In this document: positions 49,468 to 59,630 of the stretch, piece by piece
Numbering within the stretch: position 1 is the first letter of the stretch
Layout of the letters: each line of letters opens with the position of its first letter
NCBI GenBank assembly: GCA_963815495.1
Contig: CAWFGW010000025.1
Span: forward strand, 7,013-71,012
From: an uncultured Cytophagales bacterium
GTDB lineage: Bacteria; Bacteroidota; Bacteroidia; Cytophagales; JAAEPT01
Length of the DNA: 64,000 nt
Reading direction: 5' to 3'
The notes under the pieces: model-generated
The model's input: the letters and a program-made list of their open reading frames with translations, nothing else
The model's database searches: none
Told to the model about the DNA's origin: nothing
Translations under genes and position numbers: made by a program

Positions 49468-50655
49468 ATGATAACACTTAATTCGTACAATTTTAAAGGG
49501 AAGAAAGCAATCGTAAGAGTTGACTTTAATGTACCCCTAGATGCTGATTTTAACATCACTGACTTTACTCGTATCAATGCTGTAGTACCTACAGTAAAAA
49601 AAATCTTGAGTGATGGTGGCTCTGCAATCTTGATGTCTCACTTGGGTAGACCAAAAGATGGGCCTACGGATAAGTATTCATTAAAACATATTGTGAAAGC
49701 CGTTTCAGAAAAACTAGGCGTACCTGTAGCATTTGCTGATGACTGCATTGGTGAGGAAGCCAAAAAGAAAGCTGCTGAACTTAAAGCTGGCGAAGTTTTA
49801 TTATTAGAAAATCTTCGTTTTTATAAAGAAGAAGAAAAAGGTGATGCTGATTTTGCCAAAAAATTAGCTGATTTAGGTGCTGACGTTTATGTGAACGATG
49901 CCTTTGGAACTGCACACCGAGCCCATGCTTCTACAGCTGTTATAGCTCAGTATTTCTCTGACAAAGTTTGTGGACTAGTGATGGAAGCTGAACTTGTTAA
50001 TGCTGATAAAGTATTAAAACAAGGCGTGAAACCAGTTACTGCTATTATGGGTGGTGCTAAAGTTTCTGACAAAATTTTAATTATCGAAAAATTATTGGAC
50101 GTAGCTGACAACATCATTATTGGTGGTGGTATGTCATATACTTTTGTAAAAGCTGCTGGTGGTTCAATTGGAAAATCACTTTGTCAAACCGACCAGTTGG
50201 ACTATGTGTTAGAACTTCAAAAGAAAGCAGAAGCTAAAGGAGTAAAAATGATTTTCCCTTTAGACACGGTAATTGCTGATGATTTTAGCAATGATGCAAA
50301 TATTAAAACAGTAAAAAGAGGCCACATTCCTGATGGATGGGAAGGTTTAGACATCGGTCCTGAGACTAGAGAACTTTTTGCAGATATTATCAAAAACTCA
50401 AAAACTGTTATTTGGAATGGTCCAATGGGTGTTTCTGAAATGTCTAATTTTGCCAACGGAACTATTGAGATTGCGAAAGCGGTAAGAGCTGCTACATTAA
50501 ATGGTGCTTTTTCTTTAATCGGTGGTGGTGACTCTGCTGCAGCTATCAACAACTTAGGTTTCGGAGATGATGTTTCTTACGTATCTACTGGTGGTGGTGC
50601 TTTGTTAGAATACATGGAAGGAAAAACACTTCCTGGTGTTGCTGCTTTAGATTAA
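49468..50655 (+). CDS. pgk: Phosphoglycerate kinase
   Basis: [18 protein letters not shown], and GGGDSAAA motifs. 395 aa. Confidence 0.95.
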   Translation: MITLNSYNFKGKKAIVRVDFNVPLDADFNITDFTRINAVVPTVKKILSDGGSAILMSHLGRPKDGPTDKYSLKHIVKAVSEKLGVPVAFADDCIGEEAKKKAAELKAGEVLLLENLRFYKEEEKGDADFAKKLADLGADVYVNDAFGTAHRAHASTAVIAQYFSDKVCGLVMEAELVNADKVLKQGVKPVTAIMGGAKVSDKILIIEKLLDVADNIIIGGGMSYTFVKAAGGSIGKSLCQTDQLDYVLELQKKAEAKGVKMIFPLDTVIADDFSNDANIKTVKRGHIPDGWEGLDIGPETRELFADIIKNSKTVIWNGPMGVSEMSNFANGTIEIAKAVRAATLNGAFSLIGGGDSAAAINNLGFGDDVSYVSTGGGALLEYMEGKTLPGVAALD

Positions 50656-50678
50656 GCCGTCATAATTTTAATTTATTT

Positions 50679-50717
50679 AAATGCCATCTCAAGAAATTAG
50701 GGATGGCATTTTTTTTA
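50679..50717 (+). terminator. Rho-independent terminator after pgk
   Basis: Stem atgccatc / gatggcat followed by an 8-T run. Confidence 0.75.
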
Positions 50718-50781
50718 TATCTTTTGTGGAATTTATTCTAAAATTACATCTAGGCTACTGTTAAACATAAAAACCAAATCC

Positions 50782-51477
50782 ATGAAAAAATATTTGATTC
50801 TACTACTTGTCGCGTTTTCAGTTTCTTCATTTGCACAAATGGTCATGCCAGAAGAAAAACCCTACATCGAAATAACTGGTGAGGCTGAAAAAGAAATTAC
50901 CCCTGATGAAATTTATATTTCCATAACACTTTTAGAGAACCAGGATGGAAAAGACAACCGAAGCATTGAGACACAGGAAAAAGAACTAAAGAAAGAGTTA
51001 GCACAAATTGGCGTTGATTTGAAAAACTTAACCTTATCAGATGCTAGCTCAAATTACATCAAAGTATCTTGGTTAAGAAAAGATGCGGTTGGAAGAACAG
51101 AATACCAGCTAAAAGTCACTGATGCCAGTATGGTGGGTAAAGTATTTGAAAAATTGGATGAGTTAAAAATCCAGAACGCATACATCGCAAAAGTAGACCA
51201 CTCTAAGATGGAAGAGTTCGAAAAAGAGATTCGAATAGAAGCCGTTAAAGATGCTAAATCAAAAGCTGATTATTTATTAACCGCTATTGGTGAAACAACT
51301 GGAAAGCCATTAATTATTAGAGAAAACTCTAACAATTTTTATCCACAAGTATATCGAGCACAAGAAGGCATGATGTATAAGTCTAATGCAAATATGGACG
51401 CACCCTCAGACACAAGCTTAGATTTTAAGAAAATAAAAATTAATGCTTCAGTCTATGTGAAGTTCGCGATTAAGTAA
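50782..51477 (+). CDS. SIMPL (DUF541) domain periplasmic protein
   Basis: Signal peptide, and the I.V.G.a......PD.a.h.h.h pattern (YIEITGEAEKEITPDEIYISITL) typical of SIMPL/26-kDa periplasmic proteins. Confidence 0.65.
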   Translation: MKKYLILLLVAFSVSSFAQMVMPEEKPYIEITGEAEKEITPDEIYISITLLENQDGKDNRSIETQEKELKKELAQIGVDLKNLTLSDASSNYIKVSWLRKDAVGRTEYQLKVTDASMVGKVFEKLDELKIQNAYIAKVDHSKMEEFEKEIRIEAVKDAKSKADYLLTAIGETTGKPLIIRENSNNFYPQVYRAQEGMMYKSNANMDAPSDTSLDFKKIKINASVYVKFAIK

Positions 51478-51529
51478 ATTGTTCTTTCTTAAAGCACTCT
51501 GAATTTTTAGAGTGTTTTAAGTATTTTAT

Positions 51530-52684
51530 TTAAAACAACCAGTAATATACCTCATTGAACTTAATTACTAGTTTATACAGAATCCCCTTAAAAGAAAAGC
51601 CCATTCTATAACTTTCCATATTCCACAAAAGTAAAAAAGTCAGGAAAACATAGATTTTAAGATTGACATACCTAAAATTAAACTTATAAACTTTCTCTGT
51701 TTTGTTTTTCCTGTTTAGAAATAGAGTGATTATTAATAAAATAAGAGTAAAATGGATATATAGCCACCTTCCCCAATCGACTGCTAATACAAATACAGGG
51801 ATGGTAAATAAGCAACACCCCAATATCATCACAAAAAAATATCGAATAATTTTTTGTTGAACACCCAACTCTTTTAATAAAAAAAATACATGGAGCAGTC
51901 CCAAAATAAAACTCACCCCGTAAAGCGAATAATTTTTTAAATAACTCTTGTAGTAGGAAAACGTGTCAAAGTAATTAGGCCATTCTATAATACCACCTTT
52001 AATAACCACTCCTTTTTCCACAAGTATCCTCATGGTCTCCCCTTGATTAATATCTCCTCCAAAGAGGCCAATCAACACTAAAGGAATAAATGCTGCAAAA
52101 AAATATAAGCTACATCTAATCCAATTTACGTGATTCCTAAACAATACTAATGCAACTACAAAATAAGGAACATAAAAGAATATTATTTCATGAAAAAAAC
52201 AGGAAACAAAAATCAATACCAAAACAACAGCTTCCCTATTTTTAGACAGTCTATCACTAGATAGACAATAAATAAAGTAAGAAAATAACGAAAACAGGAT
52301 TACCTCTTTTCGTCCTACTGATGTTAAGTTATTTATACAAAACATAAAAGTTAGTGGTGACAAAATGAAAAACAGATAAACCAAGCTTATCTCCCTATCT
52401 ATTAACAACTTACACCAATAAAACAGAAAAAGAAGATAAAAAGTAAATTGAGCCAAAAACACCAATAACTGGAGACGTATACCCGTTAAGTTATACAAAC
52501 AAAACAAAAGACTGCCAGAGATTCCTCTCCGTTTGAAACCACCATCCTCATAGTTAATAAGCCAATCACCTAATATCCATGCATGATTAGTAATGTCATA
52601 AATAAATATTCTATGTATTATAACAGTCAGCCATGCAAAAAAGAACAAATAAATCAGTGTTCTATAGCTTCCTAAATAGTCCAT
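51530..52684 (-). CDS. Polytopic membrane protein of unknown function (about 10 TM helices; possibly glycan polymerase or GT-C-like)
   Basis: Extremely hydrophobic, Phe/Leu/Tyr-rich, AT-rich gene. No catalytic family recognised. Confidence 0.4.
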   Translation of the reverse strand: MDYLGSYRTLIYLFFFAWLTVIIHRIFIYDITNHAWILGDWLINYEDGGFKRRGISGSLLFCLYNLTGIRLQLLVFLAQFTFYLLFLFYWCKLLIDREISLVYLFFILSPLTFMFCINNLTSVGRKEVILFSLFSYFIYCLSSDRLSKNREAVVLVLIFVSCFFHEIIFFYVPYFVVALVLFRNHVNWIRCSLYFFAAFIPLVLIGLFGGDINQGETMRILVEKGVVIKGGIIEWPNYFDTFSYYKSYLKNYSLYGVSFILGLLHVFFLLKELGVQQKIIRYFFVMILGCCLFTIPVFVLAVDWGRWLYIHFTLILLIITLFLNRKNKTEKVYKFNFRYVNLKIYVFLTFLLLWNMESYRMGFSFKGILYKLVIKFNEVYYWLF

Positions 52685-53315
52685 ATGTATTTGAGAGAAT
52701 TTAATAATAATAAAAATTAAAAATAGTTTACTTAGGTATATTCTTATATTTTTAAAAGACTAAAACCTCACTAATTTAATTGTTTAATTGGATCCAACAA
52801 AGCCAATTCCAAGTAAAAAAGTAGTTCTAGTGGGTACAGTTGTAATGCTATAAAATCTGGCTTAAACCTTACATTATCTTTAATTAAGTTCATTTTTCAC
52901 AATTTAAAAGATAAAAACAATTAACATTAACTTTATATCAATTTAATTATTGAAATGGCTAAGGTAACATGTGCTCTTTGTTTAGAATTTTTCAATTGTG
53001 GAGCACTCTGTGAAAATTGTTTGTATTTTTCATAACCCATAATTATAAGCTCTCTAATTTCTATTTGTTAGTGCGAAACTGTCTAGCGCAAAAAAGTGAA
53101 CCAACTAATAGAAAAAAATACTTTATATGTTAAAAAGAACAAATATGAACTACGCTTCAGTTTTAAGAACTCGCCTCTGTTAAAAAAATACAAGTTTGGA
53201 TTTAAAAAAATAAAAAAAATCAACGATCCGGTATATGTGGAGTTTTCAATTAAATAAAATATTTAACCCCACCATATTTTATCAAGATTGCTTCAACAAT
53301 AGCTGGAGCAATCTT

Positions 53316-54671
53316 TTATTTTTTTAACCCTTTCAGAACATCAAAAGCAAATGAAAAGTCTAACCTTATTTCTGGATAAGCAACCATTTCTCCATTAACT
53401 TGTTGAGCATGTAAACTACCATCTAATTTTATAGCTACTTCAGGTTGTGGTCGATATAGCAAACCTAAAGAAGGTTTATAAAATACTCCATCATCACTTA
53501 CTCCTACCTCATTATCTCCTCCAAATTTTTTGTTTTGAATAATTTCGGGATGCGACATGTAATCAAAAAACACATAAGGTACAAATTGTCCAACTCTAGT
53601 TTGAATATCATAACCTAGTCGTATATACCATGTTTTGGCTATATAGGAGGTGTGTTTAACAATGTCTGACTCCGTCAAGACCTCGTTAATTTTATCACTA
53701 TTTTCACTTAAAAACCTCTTTCTTTGTTGTTCAGATATTGTCGCATTTTTAACAATATCAAGTGTTTTAGTAGCATCTCTAATGGCATCATGAGGAGATA
53801 AATACACCTCACTCTGCAATAAAATATTCCCTATTTTTTTTTCTACGAACAATCCAAATACATAAAATCGATCAGTCTGCATCCAGGATAACACCCCCCC
53901 TTCAGATATTGGATTTAGATCATTAATTATTGGAGAAACATTACCTCCTGATAAAAAGCCGGAAGTTCCAACAATCAGATTATTATCATCGGATTTGAAT
54001 CGAAAATCCCAACCTAAAGGTATTACAGACTTACGGGGGCCTCCTTCACCATTTTCTGTACTTAAAAAATAACTGATTTGATTTCCTTTTATAGGCATTG
54101 CACCATGTAATGCGAAAGAGGTAGTTCGGGTTAAAAAAAGATGGTCGTAATCAAATAATTCTGGAGGTTCTATACCAATGAAGGTAGGAATCTGATCTAG
54201 TTTACTATTATAGAGACCAAAATTTCGATACATTTTTCCAATTCGAATTTGAAAAAAATCTTTTATCAAAAAATTTCCATAGGCATTTCTAATTTCCAAT
54301 ACTTCGGATCCATTATGAGCGAGATTAAAAAAAACACTGATTCTATTCGATAAGTTTTGACTCCCGTATATGTGAAAGTTCTGTATAGGTGACCAATTAA
54401 TTGGCCCATTTTCAAAAATTCTATTTCCTTCTTCCGTAATTTGGGGAGCATCGAAAACTTGTTCAACATTGGCATTGATAAATCCATAACAGGCAAATAC
54501 CTTGTCGGTATTTTCGATATTCAATTGTAACAACTCATCGAGAGTCATATCAAAAAGATTATCTAGTTCAAGATTCTCAGCGCTTGTATTGATATCAGAT
54601 TTGTTATTTTGACCATATAAAAAAAATGAAGTTAAAAATATCGTGACCATGGTTAGAATATTTTCTCTCAT
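53316..54671 (-). CDS. Secreted protein, probable outer-membrane beta-barrel (porin-like), unknown family
   Basis: Signal peptide MVTIFLTSFFLYGQ. Alternating amphipathic beta-strand character with aromatic girdle residues. No motif recognised. Confidence 0.35.
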   Translation of the reverse strand: MRENILTMVTIFLTSFFLYGQNNKSDINTSAENLELDNLFDMTLDELLQLNIENTDKVFACYGFINANVEQVFDAPQITEEGNRIFENGPINWSPIQNFHIYGSQNLSNRISVFFNLAHNGSEVLEIRNAYGNFLIKDFFQIRIGKMYRNFGLYNSKLDQIPTFIGIEPPELFDYDHLFLTRTTSFALHGAMPIKGNQISYFLSTENGEGGPRKSVIPLGWDFRFKSDDNNLIVGTSGFLSGGNVSPIINDLNPISEGGVLSWMQTDRFYVFGLFVEKKIGNILLQSEVYLSPHDAIRDATKTLDIVKNATISEQQRKRFLSENSDKINEVLTESDIVKHTSYIAKTWYIRLGYDIQTRVGQFVPYVFFDYMSHPEIIQNKKFGGDNEVGVSDDGVFYKPSLGLLYRPQPEVAIKLDGSLHAQQVNGEMVAYPEIRLDFSFAFDVLKGLKK

Positions 54672-54745
54672 AGCCGCTTAGTTATGTTCGCTTTTATAAT
54701 CAACAAAAAATTCACATTTGACCTCATTAACTTCATATTTGTAAA

Positions 54746-55090
54746 ATGAACAACTGCATTATCTGCCAACAAAATTTTGAGTGTGAAGTAAATAATAAAA
54801 ATTGCTGGTGTCTATCATTACCTCGTATTTTAGAAATTTACACTATTTCATGTTTATGTAAAAATTGTTTAGATAAAAATATTCAAAATAAAATCGCTAC
54901 TATACTTCAAAAGTTCAAACAAACAAATTGTAATGAAGCCGTTACATTTAAAGATTTACCTGTACTCCAGCATTATGACTACACAATAGAAAATGGTCTT
55001 TGGGTCTTTACTTCCTGGTATCATTTGCGAAGAGGTTATTGCTGTGGCAACGGGTGTCGAAATTGTCCTTATGAAAAGAGCATTGAGTAA
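54746..55090 (+). CDS. Cysteine-rich CWC-family domain fused to a DUF5522-like domain
   Basis: N-terminal C.IC....C.......CWC pattern. C-terminal YHLRRGYCCGNGCRNCPY, which I recall as the DUF5522 signature. Confidence 0.55.
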   Translation: MNNCIICQQNFECEVNNKNCWCLSLPRILEIYTISCLCKNCLDKNIQNKIATILQKFKQTNCNEAVTFKDLPVLQHYDYTIENGLWVFTSWYHLRRGYCCGNGCRNCPYEKSIE

Positions 55091-55218
55091 AGAGATTTTA
55101 GTAATGAGAAAAGTAAAACCAAGACAAAAAGTATAAGGAATAAAGTACAATGAATAATTTAAAAAAGTCTTATGACATTGTACTTTGTACTTAATACTCT
55201 GTACTCAATACTAAAAGC

Positions 55219-55956
55219 ATGCATAAATCACTATTTAACTGGAGCGGAGGAAAAGACTCTTCTTTAGCACTATATCACCTTTTAAAAGACCCCTCCTATT
55301 CCGTTGAAAAATTATTAACGACTATTAACAGTAATTACAAGCGAATATCCATGCATGGAGTTCGGGAAGAATTACTCAATGAACAAGCCAAACAGATAAA
55401 TCTTCCACTTCATAAACTTTATTTACCCGATCAACCGAGTATGGCAGACTATGAAATACTCATGTCAAATACTCTGGACAATCTTAAGAATGAAGGTTTT
55501 ACTCACAGCATTTTTGGAGATATTTTCTTAGAAGATTTAAAAAAATACCGAGAAGATAAATTACACGCGAAAGGCTTTCAAGCACACTTCCCTATTTGGA
55601 AACGAAATACAAAAGAACTGATTCATGAATTTATTGACCTTGGTTTTAAAACAGTTTTAGTATGCATAAAATCTAATGTACTTCCAAAAGAGTTTGCAGG
55701 AAGAATTATTGACAAAGAATTTCTAAAAGATCTACCTAAAAATGTAGATCCTTGCGGTGAAAATGGCGAGTTTCATACCTTTGTGTTTGATGGACCAATT
55801 TTCAAAAACCCAATTCCGATTGAAATTGGAGAAACTGTTTTCAAAACCTATGATGCTCCTAAATCCTCGGAAGATACCTGCGATAGTAGCACTCCCAAAG
55901 ATATGGGGTTTTGGTTTACTGAATTAACTCATTCTAAATTAAATACATCCAAATAA
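55219..55956 (+). CDS. Dph6/MJ0570-related PP-loop ATP pyrophosphatase (adenine nucleotide alpha-hydrolase)
   Basis: PP-loop WSGGKDSS at the N-terminus and a later GENGEFHTFV motif. Confidence 0.7.
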   Translation: MHKSLFNWSGGKDSSLALYHLLKDPSYSVEKLLTTINSNYKRISMHGVREELLNEQAKQINLPLHKLYLPDQPSMADYEILMSNTLDNLKNEGFTHSIFGDIFLEDLKKYREDKLHAKGFQAHFPIWKRNTKELIHEFIDLGFKTVLVCIKSNVLPKEFAGRIIDKEFLKDLPKNVDPCGENGEFHTFVFDGPIFKNPIPIEIGETVFKTYDAPKSSEDTCDSSTPKDMGFWFTELTHSKLNTSK

Positions 55957-56275
55957 TTCTGGCTTTTCTATAGTTAAATGTAGACATCAGTACAATTAAG
56001 CCTACTAACAAATAGATCACATATTCCAATTGTATTTTTATCAATAAACTCAAAACTAAGACTATTGCCATTTCAGCAACACCAAGTCCATAACTTACAT
56101 ACATAGCTCCAATAAAATAGCCTGGTTCTTTTTCAAACTTATACCCACATTGAGCACATACCGTATTCATGACTGGTGTTTTAAATAAAAAAGCATTTCC
56201 TTTAGATTGGAACACTTCTCCATTTCCACATTCAGGACATTTTTCATGAATTACGCTTTTTATTAATGTTGCCAT
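55934..56275 (-). CDS. DUF983-family small membrane protein with N-terminal zinc ribbon
   Basis: CPECGNG...CAQCG zinc ribbon followed by two TM helices. Its 3' end overlaps the convergent gene by 23 nt. Confidence 0.6.
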   Translation of the reverse strand: MATLIKSVIHEKCPECGNGEVFQSKGNAFLFKTPVMNTVCAQCGYKFEKEPGYFIGAMYVSYGLGVAEMAIVLVLSLLIKIQLEYVIYLLVGLIVLMSTFNYRKARIIWMYLI

Positions 56276-56372
56276 TTTATCCCTGTTTATTTATACAAAT
56301 ATGGTATTTTGACTTACATTTTCTTTTATAATAAAGTTTCTAATATTTGTATTATTCAGACATAATTGACAA

Positions 56373-57266
56373 ATGAAAAAAATAGAGGTTTTAAAAATAA
56401 ATCAGTTTAAAGATGTTACTAAAACTGAAGGTTTTTATTTTAACAACTTTAAAGATCATTTTCACATCCATCAAAAAGCTATTTCAATTCCTCATAAGCA
56501 TGACTTTTTCTTAACCGTGTTATTTACCAAAGGATCAGGAATTCATGAAATCGATTTTAATAGTTATGAAATAAAGCCTGGAAGCATATTTCTACTTAAC
56601 CCTGGACAAACCCATTATTGGGAACCTTCAGAAGATACTGAAGGGTTTGTGTTTTTTCATTCAAAAGACTTTTTTGATATCGGCTTTAATAAGCATTCTG
56701 TTTTTGATTTCCCTTTTTTTTCCTCTTTACTTAACCCTTCGGTTTTGTATCTACCCCCTTCAAATGACGAAAGGATCAAATCTTATTTTCAAGAACTACA
56801 AATTGAATATGCCCATGAAAACAGCTTTAAAAAAGAAAAAATAATTGCTTTATTAGACTTAATCTATATTGAGTTAAGTCGAGTTTACCCTCATACACTA
56901 AACAACTATGTTTTAAAATCAAACACCATTACTCAGCACTTAAGGCAATTAGAACAACTCGTTGAAGAAAAGTACAAAACAGATAAATCTCCCGCTTCTT
57001 ATGCTGACATGTTAAACATTTCTGCCAGGCACCTCAATAGACTTACACGTGAATCGCTTGGCAAAACGACTACCCAACTCATCACTGAACGTGTTATTTT
57101 AGAAGCAAAACGTATACTGGTACACAACAACGATTCTTTAGCCAATATTGCTTATACACTCGGTTATGAGGATTATGCTTATTTTTCACACCTTTTTAAA
57201 AAATGGACGGGGTTTACTCCTTCTGAATTTACTCGTAAGTACAAGTCTTCTAAAACTCTATCGTAA
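56373..57266 (+). CDS. AraC-family transcriptional regulator (cupin-like N-domain)
   Basis: C-terminal double HTH (ARHLNRLTRESLGKTTTQLI...IAYTLGYEDYAYFSHLFKKWTGFTPSEF). Confidence 0.85.
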   Translation: MKKIEVLKINQFKDVTKTEGFYFNNFKDHFHIHQKAISIPHKHDFFLTVLFTKGSGIHEIDFNSYEIKPGSIFLLNPGQTHYWEPSEDTEGFVFFHSKDFFDIGFNKHSVFDFPFFSSLLNPSVLYLPPSNDERIKSYFQELQIEYAHENSFKKEKIIALLDLIYIELSRVYPHTLNNYVLKSNTITQHLRQLEQLVEEKYKTDKSPASYADMLNISARHLNRLTRESLGKTTTQLITERVILEAKRILVHNNDSLANIAYTLGYEDYAYFSHLFKKWTGFTPSEFTRKYKSSKTLS

Positions 57267-57347
57267 CACGAAATTCGAACCTAATATTTAATAACAAAGA
57301 CACCTCTCCAATCCTGAAGAGGCGCCTTTTAGTTCACAGCAAAAAAA

Positions 57348-59537
57348 TTAATTCTTTACAATTCTGATTGTTTGAACATTACTTGAAGTATATACTTTTA
57401 TAAAATAAACTCCTCCCGAATAATCATCAAGCATTAATTGACTGGTATCGCTATTTTTAGTGAATACAATTACTCCATTTGCTGTTAGCAATTCTAGTTT
57501 TACAATATCTTCTTTAGATTGTAGATTCAATTGATTGGAACATGGATTCGGATAAAAAGAAACTCTTTCCTCATCAAACGAATAAGTATAGGTTCCTGTA
57601 ATGGTTTCATCTACATCTATTTCATTAAATGTGGCTTCATCTAGTCCGCTTCTATAAACTAAAGTTGGACCAGTTGCTAATCCCTGAGCGCCACTTTTGA
57701 AGGTCATAAATGTAGGATCATACAGCCCTAAATTATTAACATCATGACCCCATGTAAGTCCACCATCTAGCGAATGAAAAACTTTCTCGTTGCTTCCTCT
57801 TCCATCGGCATCCATTATAAAGATTTCGTTTTCATTTTTAGCTGTCAACATATCCCAATGTTGCATTCTGATACTAGGAATAGCTGTGGATTGATTGGTC
57901 CATGATGCACCAGCATCAGCAGTTCTGTATAAAAAACCATTGCTTCCATATAAAAAGCCTAGGTTTTTGTTAAAAAAAAATAGTTTTGTTCCGTTATCTC
58001 TATTCGCAGGTAAATTAGTAGTAACATCCAGAAAAGATGTTGCTGTATCGCCACTAAACAGCACCTTATTGTTCCCTAATATGTAAATAGCGTCTATACT
58101 TACTGCAGATATAGCTAATGGTGTGGTAATTCCTGTCACTTTTGAAGTCCAAGTAAGTCCTCCATCAGTCGAATACCTCATTTGACCATTACCCACAAGT
58201 AGTAGATTGTTTCCACCTACATGTTTAAAATAATAATACTGTGGATTAAACTCTGGAAATATATGTGTTAAGGAAAAAGTTTGACCTCCATTTTTACTTA
58301 AATAAAAACGTGTATTACTAATTACAAAGATACTATCTAACCCTTTTGTAGCATAAGAGTCATAATTTACTTTACCAATATCAATTATTTGATTTGTTTT
58401 TGTCCAAGTTACCCCACCATTGATTGATTTATAAAAATAATTTTCAAATGGAGCTAACAAAATTGTGTCATTCAAAAGTGATGCTTTAGCAAGATTATTT
58501 GGAATATAATTTTGTGGTGTTGAAACAGCAGTAGACAGATCAATAAGGTAGGTAGTGGAATAATCCGTCATAAACAATTTACCATTAACCTGATGTAAAT
58601 GTTTAATTACACTTGGACCTAGAAATTCTCCTTCATTCTGTATTTTTTTCCAAGTTACTCCACCATCACCAGTATATTGTACGGTATTACCACTTACAGT
58701 AATAAATCCTTCTGTAGGAGAAATGAAAAACATGTCATAAACAAAGTTACTCCCAGGGTAATCTATTCCTGTAAAATTAAGCCCTCCATTGGTAGTTTTA
58801 TAAAAAATACGATCATTCACATTGATGAAAAAGTTTTGTGCATTGATAAAACTGATATTTTCATATCCCTTTTTATTTACATTATTAAAATTATTTCCTG
58901 CTAAACCCGCTGGCGGAAATGCTATAGTATCATAGGTTTCACCCATATTGGTACTTCTTAAAATAGCAAGGGCTTTGGTAAATCCATAGGGGGGTACTGG
59001 AAGGTGATCTAGTCCTATTAAGGTGTCGTTTACCTGAAACAAACTCTTCGGTTGTTTGTATTTATAATAAGACCAGCTAAGGCCATTATCAGTAGTATAA
59101 AATGTTTTAGCATTTGCTTCAACCGTTTTCACGAAAGCTTCTGTTTCAGACAAAATGACTATTTCTGTAAGGGAAAATATTTTGTTCCCTAATGAGTCTT
59201 TTAAAATATTTACAGACCACGTTTCACCGGCATCACTACTAAGTACAACTTCTGAATTTGAATTAATACCTATGAAGTGTGTATTTGAAAAAGCTTTAAG
59301 GCTAGTTACACCACTTTTACTTCCTAAGTTTTTTTCTTTCCAGCTTATCCCTCCATCAGTTGATTTTCGAATCACACCATCCTGCGTTGATACTAAGATC
59401 ATGTTAGGATTTGTAGGAGCATAAGCTACCGAATAGATTGACCCATTAACTATTCTCCATTGTTCTGGTGTTTGAGCTAAAAGCTGAATAACCATCATTA
59501 AGATACAAATTGAGAGTACTGTTTTTTTCATGTGCAA
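57348..59537 (-). CDS. BNR/sortilin-Vps10-type repeat protein with T9SS C-terminal sorting domain
   Basis: Signal peptide, at least 8 copies of S.DGG.(T/S)W, and a C-terminal FYPNPCSNQLNL...GGVYFIKV...IRIVKN CTD. Confidence 0.8.
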   Translation of the reverse strand: MHMKKTVLSICILMMVIQLLAQTPEQWRIVNGSIYSVAYAPTNPNMILVSTQDGVIRKSTDGGISWKEKNLGSKSGVTSLKAFSNTHFIGINSNSEVVLSSDAGETWSVNILKDSLGNKIFSLTEIVILSETEAFVKTVEANAKTFYTTDNGLSWSYYKYKQPKSLFQVNDTLIGLDHLPVPPYGFTKALAILRSTNMGETYDTIAFPPAGLAGNNFNNVNKKGYENISFINAQNFFINVNDRIFYKTTNGGLNFTGIDYPGSNFVYDMFFISPTEGFITVSGNTVQYTGDGGVTWKKIQNEGEFLGPSVIKHLHQVNGKLFMTDYSTTYLIDLSTAVSTPQNYIPNNLAKASLLNDTILLAPFENYFYKSINGGVTWTKTNQIIDIGKVNYDSYATKGLDSIFVISNTRFYLSKNGGQTFSLTHIFPEFNPQYYYFKHVGGNNLLLVGNGQMRYSTDGGLTWTSKVTGITTPLAISAVSIDAIYILGNNKVLFSGDTATSFLDVTTNLPANRDNGTKLFFFNKNLGFLYGSNGFLYRTADAGASWTNQSTAIPSIRMQHWDMLTAKNENEIFIMDADGRGSNEKVFHSLDGGLTWGHDVNNLGLYDPTFMTFKSGAQGLATGPTLVYRSGLDEATFNEIDVDETITGTYTYSFDEERVSFYPNPCSNQLNLQSKEDIVKLELLTANGVIVFTKNSDTSQLMLDDYSGGVYFIKVYTSSNVQTIRIVKN

Positions 59538-59630
59538 ATTGTTTTAAAGTTTCGCACAACATTAGCCATTCACACGCTTAAATGTGTCGCAGCTTAGAAA
59601 GTGAGACACATTAAACAAGCTTAAAAGAAG

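Noticed and set aside
49197-49577. 126-aa minus-strand ORF spanning the ferredoxin 3' end, its terminator and the pgk 5' end
   Set aside because: It crosses a clear Rho-independent terminator and two confident genes on the other strand, so it is spurious.
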